From NCBI RefSeq assembly GCF_964204645.1, contig NC_134025.1, positions 7,750,001 through 7,814,000 on the forward strand: a stretch of DNA of 64,000 nucleotides. The letters are read 5' to 3'. The notes under the pieces are model-generated. The model was not told the origin of the DNA. It saw only the letters and a list, made by a program, of their open reading frames with translations, and searched no databases. A program made the position numbers and the translations under genes. Position 1 is the stretch's first letter. Every line of letters starts with the position of its first letter. Positions 14,601-29,300 of the stretch are shown piece after piece. The stretch is from Tubulanus polymorphus (lineage: Eukaryota; Animalia; Nemertea).

Positions 14601-17600
14601 GAGTACATTGAAAAAGGATTACATGACCGGGTATTGAAAAATTGTAAATAAAACATGGATGAATACGGCATTATCATACATCCGAACCAACCACGTTCGA
14701 TAGCCACAAGTCGATGAACCAGTTTGACTTAAGACGACCCATAGAGTATAACAAATCCGATACGACAAACATACAATTTCCTTGTAGCCTTGAATAATGG
14801 GGTGGATAAAATGTATATCAACTAATTCCTTTTTGAGGATTGACTCTATACGTCGACAAACCCTCGTCTTATTGGATTATGATACATAAAACCAATTGAA
14901 AGTCAACAGGTGGTCGAAATTGAAAGAGCTTTAATTGTAATTAAGCGTAACGATAACTTAACTTCGTTATTGGCGTTATTGAATTCTCTCCATGTCTCCA
15001 TGTTGTGCTTTGATTAAAAAAGGACGAATACTGCTATTTTACCGTAAAATGTTATGCCCATTTCAACGAAGCAGTATGGGTTTTCATGAAAAGCTACGGC
15101 AATGATAATCCGCTTAATAATGGAAATTCACGATCAACATGTGACTTCATACAGCTGAAATGAGAATTTTTTTGTCCCGGAGCAGTAATTAATGTCTAAG
15201 ACGACGTGCATGATTCTAACGGTTATGAAATACCTTCATTCGTCTATTTTTCAGTATCCTAGAGGTTAATGCGTTTTGATACGGCTCGACCTGAAGTCAA
15301 TCGTTATTTTTAAACTACCCTAGGATGTTTGATAATGCTAGATGTCAGGAAAGTGGGGACTACCCGGCAGATGAGCATATTTGAAAAACTATCAACTGGA
15401 AACTTATGAAAATTCTGAATAGAAAAAATGGCAATATAGTCCTGTAGAATTATGGAAGTACTCATTGTGGGGGCCTTTGAGCATTCAGCAGTAATGTAGC
15501 TCGTGAATCAATTCCACTTTTAGATTGATAGTTATTTCACATTTTACAACATTCTTTCTCAAAGAGAAGCTATAAGGGACTATTCTTCAAATTTGTTTTA
15601 TGGCATTCAATAAAACACTGTAATTATATAGAATGCGTGGCTCGAATAGTGTCTTTTTTATAATCGTCGATAGGGGCGACATATTTATTCATTCGCCCCA
15701 AACGAACTTGGATTTTACACCAACAGCAATAATGGAATGCGAAAGATAGATTTGTTCTGACGCTGCAGCACTTTCCTCTTAGTGGTCTCGATAATGAATA
15801 TGGTGAAATATGATTTGAATGTAATGAAATCCATTACAAAATTTATCGACAATTATCAAATAGATTTTTTAAATTATCAATTATAGTTATGCTGGTTACG
15901 GGCTTCAAATTCATGAATTATTTCTAACAGTGAATGTCCTTGTTTCTAGATTTTCTATTGAAATAAATCATTTTTTCGAAACCAGACTGCTTCGTATTAG
16001 AATATGCCATTATGGTTTATATGAAAAATTAAATTCTTTATTGAATAACCTATATTTTCTGTTACAAGGTAGCCATTGGCGACGTCAAAACTTTAATGTA
16101 ATTAGAAAGTATATGATCAGTACGTTAACGCAAAATTGGCCAGTCAACATTAATTTGTTAATAATTCAGCTATGTTTGAATATCGGTGAGATACGCTTAA
16201 ATGCTGGGCTTGAAATTTATTAGAGAGCTTTTAGATATGGTTTGTCATTTACGTATGCGCAGATATAAAGAAAAATATCTCTTCGAATGCCTATCAGCCA
16301 CCACTTTTAATTTTGATTTCCTTATTTAATTCACTTCCAAAAATGGTTTTTCTGCTGATGAAAAATGTTTGAATGCGAATATGAGAGTATATCATTACGA
16401 GGCTTCTCAACGATCGAGGTCAGAAAACCAATATCCACTTTCTTCAGGTCGTTGGTACCAGAGACATGAGGTCCGTGATATTACATTCAGCATTTCTGTA
16501 GAATGGAGTCGAAAATCGACCAAAAAGCAATCCAGATATGTTGGCAGTCTGTCAATACTTACGCAATAAACGCTACACATATACGTGTACGCATGAATAC
16601 TTGAATGATCGGTTAACAATTTATCACGAAAAGTCTGTCAGCATTTTTGAAATAATGCGTAACACAGTGAAATTATGACTTATAGTTTCATATGAAAAAC
16701 CATGAATGCCGAGAAAAACCTCCGAACGTGGAAAGCTGAATGACAATGAAATATAGGTACATTTGTAATACGATACGCAGGACTGTAATCATACTACGCC
16801 GAAGTGAAATATTCTCGGGTTATTCTCATCCTGTCACCTGTCTCGAGATATTCATAGCTCATAGCCGGAACAAGGAACCACTAAGGGGAAAATGTCAATA
16901 TAGAACTGTACGCGTGTGGAATAAGTAATTGCCGAACTGACAGATGCAGATCAAGCTATCCGCTGTACCATTTGCAATATTTATATGAAACAGTTTTGTA
17001 TTATAATCGCGTTTTGCAGCTACGGTTTCCTCGCTATTCCCCTCTCGGGACAAGGAAGAGACACTCAGAAAGGGTTTGCTGTTGTCTAAAGTCTGTCGTT
17101 GACTTATAGGATACGATTCGTGAAATTTCTATTTTTCAATTAGTGATGCTGTGAATGATGCCCGACACCGAACAATATTGATGGCAGCGTGCCGTTTTGG
17201 AATACACGTAGATGTAAATAAGAAGATAATTTCATTTTTAAATGCTGTCAACATGATAGGTAATCAGTATCTGCATTAGATAGATTAGATATTGTGCATA
17301 GTCCTCAGTATAAAATTATCGTATCACTCGTATTTTCTAGGTGATGAAGACTATTTTAATTCTAATTAAAGTTTGCCTGGCAATGAAAGCAGAGCTATTT
17401 TGACTACGAGGTGTAAAGCGTACGCGGAAATAACGACTATTTTCAATTAACGATCATTTACCAAACGACAGAAAAATTCTAATTGAACGCATTGACACGA
17501 AACCATGAAAGACATCTCTAAATTAAATGCATAGTTATCTAAGCACTTTTAGAACAGAAAGGACATGGTCTTTAGAACGCGACACCATAAGGATTCTTGG

Positions 17601-18267
17601 AATATGTATGGTTTAATTGCTAAATTCTTCACACATATTCCAAATGACCTACGCATTAAATAATCATTAGAGCAAAGCTACGCATAAACAATACCTAGTT
17701 TTTTTACTAGACGTAAATCCCCATATAATTCGCTCCGATAAGCTCTATCATCTGACCAGAATTAAACGCCTTTTTATGAAGCAAAGCTGTAGCCTCGAAA
17801 TTGAAAATAAGCAACAAATATGAGTTAGCAAGTTATGGCACACATTGTATCGTGATATATGGAAGAAACTGCATACAAATCGCTTCCAATCATCTTTGTC
17901 CATATAAAGTATGCATTCAGCGCAACCATACACGATGATGGTCCGAAATGTCGACTCGGATGGAAATCTACAGTGTAGTTAACCCATTTGTAAGTTTATC
18001 CAGCTTTATTCGGGCGATCGCTCGATCGACTGATCGATACGTGTCATACTCTCGGTACACTTCCTACTTACGATAAGCCATTTGTGGAGAATGAGTAACC
18101 TGCCAAAGCAATGAAACGTCACTACCACGAGCCCCCTAAATTAAAACCCCGGAATATTGCTAAGTCGAAATTATACCAGCATAAAACGGACCAAGCGCAC
18201 ATTTCCATCGATTTTTATTAAATAGCTGGCCATTGCATTAGGACTCGAGGGTGACATTTATTTTTAT

Positions 18268-18366
18268 TTTTTTCAAATTGAGCATCCCACCCTTAGTGGT
18301 GAATTTTTATTTGTAAAATGCATATAATTCTTTTTTTTCAAATTGAGCATCCCACCATTAGTGGTG
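18268..18366. repeat. 34-bp direct duplication, period 65
   Basis: TTTTTTCAAATTGAGCATCCCACC(C/A)TTAGTGGTG at 18268-18301 and 18333-18366. Confidence 0.9.
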
Positions 18367-18588
18367 GCAGAAACGTTTTCAGTACAAGGCCTATATTATC
18401 GCTTAGATTCAGGCGACGGTGAGTTAACATTATTGCACAGAAAGTTATTAACCATTTCGTGTTTTATGGCCCGAGAATATGCCATTTTATACGACTATGA
18501 TGCAAATGTTTGCCGATGAGGCGATGATGTGAAATTATCTTCGCTAACGTTTTATGTGTACAGTTGTCATTTCTCTGAATATTCATTA

Positions 18589-18752
<164 letters not shown>

Positions 18753-21700
18753 ATATATATTTGGATACGTCATGTACGTGTTTGTAATGATTTCCCAAAC
18801 TACTCCAAGACGTTGGATTTCGTTCCACTGGGAATACCAGACCAATGCGGCCTGTAACAGGACTCATGTAGTTTGATGATTTATTTAGAGGACGCCGTAA
18901 TGCTGTTACCGATGGTGCGACCTTTCACCAAAAGAAGTGAAGTTAATAAATCCATGTCACCAATTACCTCAACGCACGATGTAAAACAATACGCCACCCT
19001 GCCTTATATGTACATATACATATATATTTCTAGGATGATGTGGGAGTCTCCGAGGAATCACGGTACAGTCTGGAGAACGATTACAAAATTGCGTCAGGTA
19101 ATGGTGACCACACGATAAAAAGCTATCGAGCAAGATTGACCCGTTAGTAAGCGTCAAGAATGCGCAGGGATCAGATTTCCTCCCATATCAACCAAACGAA
19201 TTCCCGATGCAGGACGCGTATCTGATACTACTTGGCAACATATGCGTTTTCCATGGCAGGGTTTTTAAAACTAAGATTTAAAAGCCGTTACGATCAACGA
19301 AGCGCTTCGAGTCTGGCACAAATTTATCTGCAGTCGGATGCCATGTACTACGGCTGTAAAATGCTCTTGTAACGACGCGCGATATTCCCTAATGCATACT
19401 TTTATTCCCGACTTTAAACAGCATTTGCTTTCCTAAGTTGCATTTTGGATTAATTTCGAGGGAAGATGAGCCGAGCGTCGAGAATATATACGACTGTTTG
19501 GGATAAATCGTTCAACATCACGCGGTTCAATATGTACAGAATTTTAAGATATCCACCCGGATATGTCTTTGTTCTATCGACAAAACAACGGGTTCTAAGC
19601 CTTATCTATTGAACGGTTTATCAGTGCATATTAAGTTCGTATTTCTCAAAATAGATCAACACAGAAAGTGTTATTTGTCACTTATAATACAGAAAATACA
19701 CGACGACTACAATGTACAAAATGTAAAAGCGCTATTTGGCATCTCGTGTATAACACTGATGAATTATGCAGGAACATCGTGAATTTGTCAGTGATAAAAA
19801 GCTGCCTCCAGTGAATTAGTGTTTAGGCCTAAAAACAGAGGGTAACTTTTAAAATGTTCGTATAGACGAAATATTATATTTGAGAACTCATTTCATCGAT
19901 CTCACCTTTAGAGTTGATGAATTTCTCCAACGAATTGATAACATAGAAATCTTCATCACCAAAAGGTGTACTGCCATGAATTAAATCAAAAATCGGCCCG
20001 AGCCAAGCTTCCGTTGATATAATCGTGTTTGTTGTTTTATCGTAAACCTTCACTTCAGCGGCTTTTATTCGCGCCAAAACGTACATTCATTATATAACGT
20101 ATGATCAACGCAAGCATGCGCGATCAAATTCCAGCCAACACTCGCAATTTTCTATCGATATATTCCGATTATGATTATACGTTTAATTCCCGTAAACCGC
20201 TATTAAACGACTGTTCAAACTGCGCTGGCGGTGAAGCCTTCACCCATAGTTGCGGTATTTAGTCTTTTTTTCAGTGTGGCCAAACGAGTATCGATTGACG
20301 CCGATGTCATAAGAAGAAAAAAACTAGCCAGTTACTTCGATATGATAGATATATATATATATATATATATACAGATATATGATAAATATGTATATTGTAC
20401 GGTGGCGGAACGAATACTTTTGTGTTTGTCTTACGACATCGCCAATATTGTTCTACTCTCACTGCAATAATTCCGTGCGACTCGAAAAGAAGACAAATAC
20501 TTGAGAAAACCGTAATGTTTAGATAATGATCAATTTAAGTTGTGTTTTACGCGATATATAAAAAATGACGCCACATGATGCTGCTGTTATGTTTTGACGA
20601 TATATCATTAACGAACGTTAGATGCACGGAAAGATATTTTTCTGAAAATGTTTTCGAGAATTTATAGCTTACAAAAATGAGCCCATGTCGATGAGTCTGA
20701 TATTCTAAGTGTCGTCGTTACGGGAGAATTTTCAATAGATACAAACATCTCCTGAAGTTTTAGCTATATCAATACATGAACTTCTTAATTCCAAGAATGC
20801 TGGTAGTATGCATAGCTCCCCAGATCTTCTTCAGTAGCACAGAATATTTTGTCGTTTAATAGCTAATAAAAATGCGTTGTTTGACGAAGGCATAATAATC
20901 CAAGGCAATGTATAGCACATACTGCAGGCAGCCAGGCTACATGCAATCTGTAGTCTCTTCTGGCACAGACGCGTCGGCAGATCACACAGACGGACAAAAT
21001 CGGCGAATTTCAAAGTCTCTATCCGCGACGATCGACCGATAAACCGAGTCGGTAAAACGCAAATAACCATGCCTGTAATAACGAACGTAATCCATACGTC
21101 CATTCGGATGAAACCGGCGACGTGAGGTTACCTTAGTTTTTTTTGATCGAGTTCGCGCGACGCATTAGACTGGGCACATCTTGTAACTTCCGTTTACATC
21201 AATTTGCTGTATTTGGCTTTCAATGCGTGGTTGTGGCTGTGATTAGGACCGACGCGTACTGGTTGTACAGACACATTATAGATTTCTTCTGGAATTATGG
21301 ACGACGATCTGTTTCAAATGTCGGAGGTCAACGCTTCGCCTTTCTACCATAGAAGAAACACGACCATGACCAAAAATGTCACCTCCGTTCCTTGGTTCCT
21401 CGGCTCGTTATATCAAATTTTATTAGACCTTGTACTTTATTTTGATATATAGAATCAGCACTTTGTCCTTTCGAAATGGAAGCCATTCATCAAGATTAGC
21501 ATCCTGCTGGCTACAGATAGACAATTCACCAGTATATATCCAACACGAACGCCCTAGCATACAAATAAAGATCTTTACGCTATAAGCTTGTTTATGAGCT
21601 CATCAAACCAAGACGGCATGGAGGAAACCTTCGGCAGCTTCGGTAATATGGACATTATACTAACTTTCATTTTAGAAACATCGTAAAAAGTAACAACCGA

Positions 21701-22021
21701 TTAAAAGGGCCAAAATATTCCATATATGATTCATAACTCCAACCTAAATTTAGAAGTGGACCAAGGCGTGGATACTCAAGATGTCAGGAGAACATAGATT
21801 GGTTAGAAATGCACAAACTGTGTTAAAGCCGATGTTTGCCATAGTTTCAAATGTATTTAGATTATTCCTTTTTTGCTGCGAGCCACGACACGCTTCCCGC
21901 AAGAAATCACGTATACAATTTTCAACGTGAAAATCTCGGAAATCAAAAACAAAACACATATTATACGTGATAATTTTCGTAGCAGTTGAATGGTCTCGGA
22001 AAATTACTCGACAAAGTCTAT

Positions 22022-22485
22022 AGCTAAGCATACATCGACAAAGCGACTGGAGACAACTAATTGCTAGTGAGCGAGTACCCGCGCACATCGAAAATTTAGT
22101 AAAAACCAGCAACTGCGTGGCTCATGCCGGTCGCTAGGTCCATAGCGCACACATCGACAGCAACTGAGATGTGGTTTAGCAAATATTCTTGAGGGCATCA
22201 CAAGTCACGTGACAAATAGCTTTGTTTTAGTCAGTTACAACCATGTGTTGTTGATTATGGAGCGCTCACATCGACGGATATGAGAGCAACTGAGTACAAC
22301 TGGTTGCTCAAAAGTAAAACATGAGCAACTGGGTGGAACTGGAGATAGATGGACGCTAACCAGTCGTAAGCTCGCTCACATCGACAAATTCGAGCAACTG
22401 ATTGTATCCAGCCAGTTGCTCTCATGCGCCGAAAACTGCCTGGCAACTAGTTGTCTCCAATCGCAGTGTCGATGAGCGCTAGGCT
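22022..22485. mobile_element. MITE with ~44-bp imperfect TIRs and internal repeats (PIF/Harbinger-like)
   Basis: Left AGCTAAGCATACATCGACAAAGCGACTGGAGACAACTAATTGC vs reverse complement of right end AGCCTAGCGCTCATCGACACTGCGATTGGAGACAACTAGTTGC; TAT on both flanks; internal recurrences of (G)CxCACATCGAC..GCAACTG. Confidence 0.75.
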
Positions 22486-22551
22486 TATATTTTCTCAAAG
22501 ATGTATCTGATAACGCAATGTTCTCAGACTAGTCCCTGACACGAGAATCCA

Positions 22552-22617
22552 ATAGGGAAGTTTCCAGTTTCCAGGCGCCATTTCAAAATGGCGCCTGGAA
22601 ACTGGAAACTTCCCTAT
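22552..22617. repeat. Perfect 32-bp-arm palindrome with 2-nt spacer
   Basis: ATAGGGAAGTTTCCAGTTTCCAGGCGCCATTT-CA-AAATGGCGCCTGGAAACTGGAAACTTCCCTAT. Confidence 0.95.
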
Positions 22618-23334
22618 CAATCAACAGTCATACGTAACACATAGACGGAACCTGTTACACTAAACGCATGATATAAAACGATATCAACGAATTTCTCTGG
22701 CTTTTTCCTGAATTTAAGCTTTTTAAAAATTAAATCCCCTTACTATTACCTGAAGTTTCTCTGATTTCCAAGTAAGTGGCCATTTGAAATGCAGAAAATA
22801 CCCATCTTGCGATTCCTATTACCTTTTTTGGTTGAAACGTAAAATTCTTCATCGGAGAATTTGCTCGATTCGATCGGAATCTCCAAAATGGATATGTTAT
22901 TGAATATTAAGTATATGTATACATATATGATACATATATGTACATGATATGGGTTTAGTGGTCATCCAAAACAGGTGTGACAACAGTAATCTATGATATA
23001 TTAAAAATTCTACATTCTGGCAAAATGTCAAAACAGTAGCAACAGTAGCGAGGAGTTATGATTTCGAAGCGATATCAACATTCTATGAAATTCAAAATCA
23101 GAACAGAAACTTAGTGGTTAGCAAAGTTAGCGCCTAGCAATTGAAAGCCGTTCATTTATACACGTCATAATTAACATACACATTTTTCACCGGAAGAAAA
23201 TTCCTCATCTATTTCGTGCGGTGTGTATTTTGGTTTTCCCCGACAGATAGAAATACAACATAGACTCGATGTCACCATACTGTGGCACCGAGAAACGAGA
23301 AAAAAATATGACTCATTAGTTAAACTATACTCAC

Positions 23335-23391
23335 CCCAGATCGATTAGCAACCTTCGGCGCATCGGCTGCCCTGCTGGAACCGGCCAACAT
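23335..23391 (-). other. Candidate alternative first coding exon (MLAGSSRAADAPKVANRSG, phase 0)
   Basis: AAAATG start context, GC-rich 57-nt open frame, donor GGG|GTGAGT. Confidence 0.4.
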
Positions 23392-24508
23392 TTTATAAAA
23401 ACAAAATAACAGTCGGGTTTTCTAACGGCAACGATGCTACTCGTACATAAAGGTATTATTAGCCGGGGACAATGGCAATTATTTGCACGCTACCTGTATG
23501 CATAGAGGGTTGCATATACGTACACCGTGAAAGATGTAATGCATCAATCAAGTAAATACATTAAAATTTGATACATGTCGTTTAGAATCGGAACCCTAGC
23601 AACGGCCGATATAACCCCACAGCCGATACATAAGTGGTTGAGGTGATGAGTAGATATAATTTATGCATACAATTAATCACGACTTGATACTTAGCTAAGT
23701 TGTATATCGCTGAATTACGAAGTAATCTCAACAAGTTTTGTATTTTTGTATTTCTGATGACGAAACATGTTCAGAAGTACGGTGTCATTAAACATTAAAA
23801 ATCTAGAGCGATAATCGTGACAGAAATAAAACGATAATTCATTCAACGTATAGCCATTTGTGTGAAGAGAAAAACACAAGTAATGGTAATATGAAAATAT
23901 CTAACAGAAAGAACTAACAAGAACTAGAAGGTAATTCTAAACCATAGGTTTGCTGGCATCTTGGACTAATCTGAAAGGGCCCATTATGCATATAGACAGT
24001 ACATACATATATAATGTACATATAATATACCTAATCCTTTTTGTTTTACCGGTACCATACAACAGCCCTCATAGGTCGAACCCGGAATTTTTGTGTTAAT
24101 TTCCATCTTTCATAAAAAAGGAGCAGTCCTTAATTTGTTTATGTTAAGCCATTTTGTTTCGAGTCCTGCTCGATTTTTACCAACGACAATCTGTGTTTAT
24201 TATGATTTTTACGAGTTTGATTGAACGTAGCAAATTACAGGACAGTTTGGTAGAATACTACAACGGACTTTATTCAAAGGCACATACCAAGAAAACCCGG
24301 AGGGAATGCTCATTACATTCTTGCGCTGTGCGTTTTGATCTACCCCAGTGAAATGCGGACTAACGGCACTATTCATTATAAATATCAACGGCAACTGAAC
24401 TGATATTGAAGGAAATCTCAAGAAAATTGCACCAAATTCAGAACTGAACCAGACGTCAAATTCTTGATACATTCACAAAGATGATGATGTCATGAATAGA
24501 TCACTCAC

Positions 24509-24538
24509 CTTGGAATGCCGAAGAGAAACAGAGTACAT
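24509..24538 (-). other. Candidate alternative first coding exon (MYSVSLRHSK, phase 0)
   Basis: AATCATG start context, donor AAG|GTGAGT. Confidence 0.35.
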
Positions 24539-25977
24539 GATTTTCAAATATTTCATCCTTTATCATTTTCAATTAAGTTGTTTATGCGACTTATCGCATT
24601 GATGATTGTCTCATTTTGACAAAGCAGTGACCGATTTTACGACTAACGTTCCATTGTAATTTCATCGTTACCAACCCACGGTGCCCGCAAAACATTGGGT
24701 ATCTATGCACACTATCGACTTATGAACCGTGTTTGTTCTTCGTCAATACTACCGCCCGCGACTCAATAAAAAAATATATAGATACGATGATGAAAATCTG
24801 CTTCAGAAACGATTCTCGTTTTACTGATACATTTACTAATAATTTAAACATTGCCTTTGTGAAAATATACTCTTCTTTTTCGATTAATGTCTTAATCTTA
24901 GTTTTGATCCGATATATCATAGAATTTATCATATATTGGTGGTAAAGTTCATAAATGCACCATTCGTGATATCTGAGCAATGTTGATTTTTACGCAGGAG
25001 GTCCTCATTTTGTATGACCTGAAATGTCTTAGACGCACATTCATTGCAGCGACTACGCCATCTAGAGAAGAGACACGTCTTGTTTGACGCAACCGTGGAA
25101 ATATGGACATGAATAATGAATAAAATATAGCATATCAGTGTATCATATTGTATTCGTAGTCGTGATGTATTCTTGAGCCATTTTTTCGTCGGAAATAATC
25201 TTGATGCGTTCAGTTCATAAGAAGACGGTTTACTTAATGGCAAAAAAGATGTTTAAATGTAGTTCTCTACGGAATTTCCAGAGCAAGGGCTGATATATCG
25301 ATGATAGGAATCATTATATGTTAACAGCTTGATGTCGTTCAGTTTTCGAATTAAACCCCGTAATGAATGCGAAACAATATTGGTAAGCGCGTTATAATTG
25401 CAAGGCTTCAGTTTAGTTCTGAATTTGTTTCAAGAGCGTCGGTTGTTGGCTCACTTACCCCATTAATTGGAGTTGCCAACAGTAACCTTCACCTGAGTTA
25501 CGGTTTGAAATATACACCTATACGTATTGCAAAGTACAACGAAGATATACGAAGAGGTTATTTATACAACAAATAATACAAAATGCACCAACGGAGTGTA
25601 CAAATTTTTTTAAGCTGTCATATAGCATATTGCGTATAGCATCGCATTAGGGGGGGGGGAAAGGTAAATAATCGTGCATAATGGCTAAACACATGTAAAT
25701 CGTTTCTTTCTTCATCTTGAAGACTCTTGGAGATTTAATAAAATAAAACTGATACGTGATAAGATTGCGATAGAATTAGACTAAAAAGTAACAACTTGAA
25801 GTAAGAAATGCTGTTTTTGATAGTAACATTAGATTCTATACGTAATTGACTGATTCTTTCTTATCAATTTACAATTTAATAATTATCAAAAAAAGAAAAA
25901 TAATGAACGTGATATTCAATAACTGTGCATGAAACATAACACGAACACTAACATGAAATTTTGTTGAAAACTTACAC

Positions 25978-26337
25978 ATACATAGCTTAATATTGTCGAC
26001 AATAAATGATACGATTTGAATTATATAATATTAAGGATCAATGAAGTTATTTTGGAATTGAATATCGATAATTGTATTGAATTGACCGACAACCAGTCTA
26101 GCCGCGATATATTGATGGCGTAGCACACGCCCTCTCAAAAATGATTATCAAAATTTATCCAAAATTAGATAAGTTAGGAATTTTTCAACACCAAAATTCA
26201 CAATTGTAATTGTTATTTAGAAACGCTAATATTTATTACGTAGTTCACCTCGACATATACAGAACCCCTCAGATAACCCATATTAGGTATCAATATATAT
26301 AAACATTATTGTAACGGTTTTTACGGCGTCAAAGAAA
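25978..26337 (+). repeat. Dispersed repeat family, copy B
   Basis: Colinear with the reverse complement of copy A over its full length, from AATATTGTCGACAAT to TTTACGGCGTC. Confidence 0.85.
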
Positions 26338-29300
26338 TGTAGACAAGTGGTCGTCTATAGCGTGCATGACATGTGCACGGTGACACGTGTTACTTTCTAA
26401 TTCACCAATTAGTCAGTACATAACGCCGTTACGATAACAACCGAGTTGACGCTCAATTGGTCCAGAAGTACTCTAGGGAAATTAGACGTAAAGACAAATG
26501 GCTCGGAACAGATTGTTTTGTTTCTAAATTGTTACAAAAACGTTGACTTATATCACTATCAATGTGCTCCTGATTTATCTAAACAGTCTCGGTCTACTTA
26601 ACTTCATTTTTTTAAATTCAGAATTATAGAATTCATTGAATGTTTTTTCATATTTCAGTTTAATAAAACAGTTTGTATAGTTAGCAAGTTTCAATTACCT
26701 CGTCAAATTTACTATGGCCACCTCCACCGCCTCGGTGACAGGCCACCGCTGACTGTTGCATCTTAACAGCGACTTTCTATTTTATTCCTACGTCGATAGT
26801 ATATTCCTATAGTTTTGTAGAAAAAAGCTTTAACAACTCGGCGCTATAATCAACGGCAACACGTGTTCCAACTTTCATTAATCTCGGCCTTAATTCCGAA
26901 TTGATATACCTATCACGAAGATAAGTAAATCAAGCGAGGTTGACTACTTTTTATGGCATCAACGTTTTGCAGGTGTTTGCGTCAGGATAAATCAAAGGAG
27001 TTCACTTCCTTTTGATATCTGCTAAGAGAGGACCGTACTAAAATCTATAGGTACAGAACTTCACCTGCGAGCGAAAAAATCCATTATGTAGAACTGTATA
27101 ACAGATAATCTAAATATCGATATACAGTTGCTTCCAGGTGCGAATTAAACTATAATACTTGCTGCTAGTAAGAAGTCATGGCCTTCTGTTGATGTCTGTA
27201 AGCTAGCATATACACGATAACCTGACAAAAGAATGTTTTCCTAACTTTTGCTTCGTCGAATGATATATGAGCATCACCAGGTAGTACTGCTCCATAAGAG
27301 AGGGGCTAAAACTTCGTTTCAGCTTTGTTGAAAACAAATTCCTAAGACTGCGTCCCTTTCTAGTTCCACCAAGCGAGGTGCGGTAGTTTCGTGATACAAA
27401 ACGCAGATACTGAAAATCTATGACTTCTCTACAACACGCAAAATATCTTTTCAAAGCCGCTCGAAATACCATCAGTTTCTTTTACCAGTCCGGTAATTGA
27501 ATATCATTTTTCATTCGGATTTATTCCTTTCAGGTGAAAATCAAATAGCGTCCCGATCTCCGTGCGGGGAATAGCGAGCGATGTCGTCTATTTTTATTTT
27601 CTAACTTTCGAAACATTTTCTGGTGATGAAATCATCGTCGAATCGGTCTGTAATATAAAACTCGTCCACAATCCTACTCACATTAATGATGTCATTAACA
27701 TTACTGGTCGTAGGTTGAAATCACCGAGTGAAATAGCCTTTTATGTAGATATGCAGCAGAGAATGTTGATGTCGGTATGATTCTCAGTTCAATAGCTGCA
27801 TTCTATTAATATATCGGCCATCAAAGCCAGAGTTAAGGTTCTCTATTGTTTCCTTTAGTAATTCGTAAATAGGGTCTGAAACGTCATTCATTTTAAATCA
27901 GCCGCATATGTATGCGGTCTCGAATCAAAGGTCCTATTCGCATAAATAATTCACCATACTTGATAATTGTATTTGGCAGATAAATTCATTAGGCGAAGAT
28001 AGTTTTATCAGTGGAATATCGAATAGATAGAAGACCGGTGCCTACATGAACGCCTACATCGGAGTTGTCGAAACGAAGACATATCACTTACAAATGAATT
28101 CTGAGAGAGTATATAGAAATTGAAAATTTCAATCACAAGTTATATATACACAATAATTACGGTCCATGGTGATCAATCGACTTTGACGAATACCTACATA
28201 ATTCATTTAGAACGTAATATCTAATAACCGATTGATTCGATTTCAGTCACGCAAGCCCGGGAAATAACAATGAGTTGGGTCTAATTAATATTCTTGCTTT
28301 AAAAAATTAGCCTTGGGAGAATTTTCTAACGATGTTGACATTTTCTATCGAATAAATTCTGTTCGCTACTCTTGTGGATAGTTTTGTGACAAACCTTTCC
28401 GAAGATTACGTGATGGTGACGTATGCGACGTTATTGAACAGGATGTTCGTCTGCCACACGGAGGATGACGTCACGGTAGCGTAATACCAGCCAGCGATAG
28501 AATAATCGGCTCAATTATCAGTTTACGAAGAAGATTCCGACGAGACCCACGCTAATATTTTCATCGGCTATGCCAATGACAAGCTGACAATCGGACCATA
28601 CTCTGCCCGGATTCAGTCAATTAGATCGATTTTCTCGCCTTGTATACAACATCCAATTCATTCGCAAATGAGATGAAAATACGTGCGAAGAATGAAATAC
28701 ATTATGCCGACATTAAAAGTCCGTAGAGTCGGTTATCGAAAACGATCCATGTTTGCAGACAATTTGATACAAAAAACAACCGGGGCCAATAACTGGACTC
28801 TGTGTAGGTACCGAAGCGAAATTCGGTGTTATACCACAGATACTTGGTGGGTTGAATGAGTTGGATGAAACGTCACCAGAGAAATAAGAAACATTTAGCG
28901 TTGACATTGATAAAACAACGTTCATCAGCGTCCAAAATGCCTGTATAAGTTTGAAAAATAAAACCGCTAATGAAATATTCGAAGTTCATGTAGATCTCTG
29001 GTTAATGCTTGGGACGCTGGGCTGTCATCGCTTTTGTCTGAGCGTCTGATTAAGGGATAAAGGTTTGCGATACCATGGTACCATTTCACTCTCACTCGGA
29101 CCTTATGCGTGAGTGTATACACTTTGGTAAGTGTGAAAATTCGCGCCATTTTGCTATATTGATGAATTATTCACATAAACGACACCGACTGGGAATACGT
29201 TATTCCGATGATACGGCATCTTTATACCTCCAGTGGTGCAAGACTTGAGCAATTATTTAGTTGGCACGCACCGAAGCCTGAACGATTTATGTGTTTTACT

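Noticed and set aside
17200-17211. GAATACACGTAG matches the 3' half of miR-137
   Set aside because: Seed region absent and no hairpin; I found no conserved bilaterian miRNA in the window by eye.
19874-20086. 70-aa minus-strand ORF with protein-like composition
   Set aside because: No recognisable family, no clear splice signals; length is within chance expectation.
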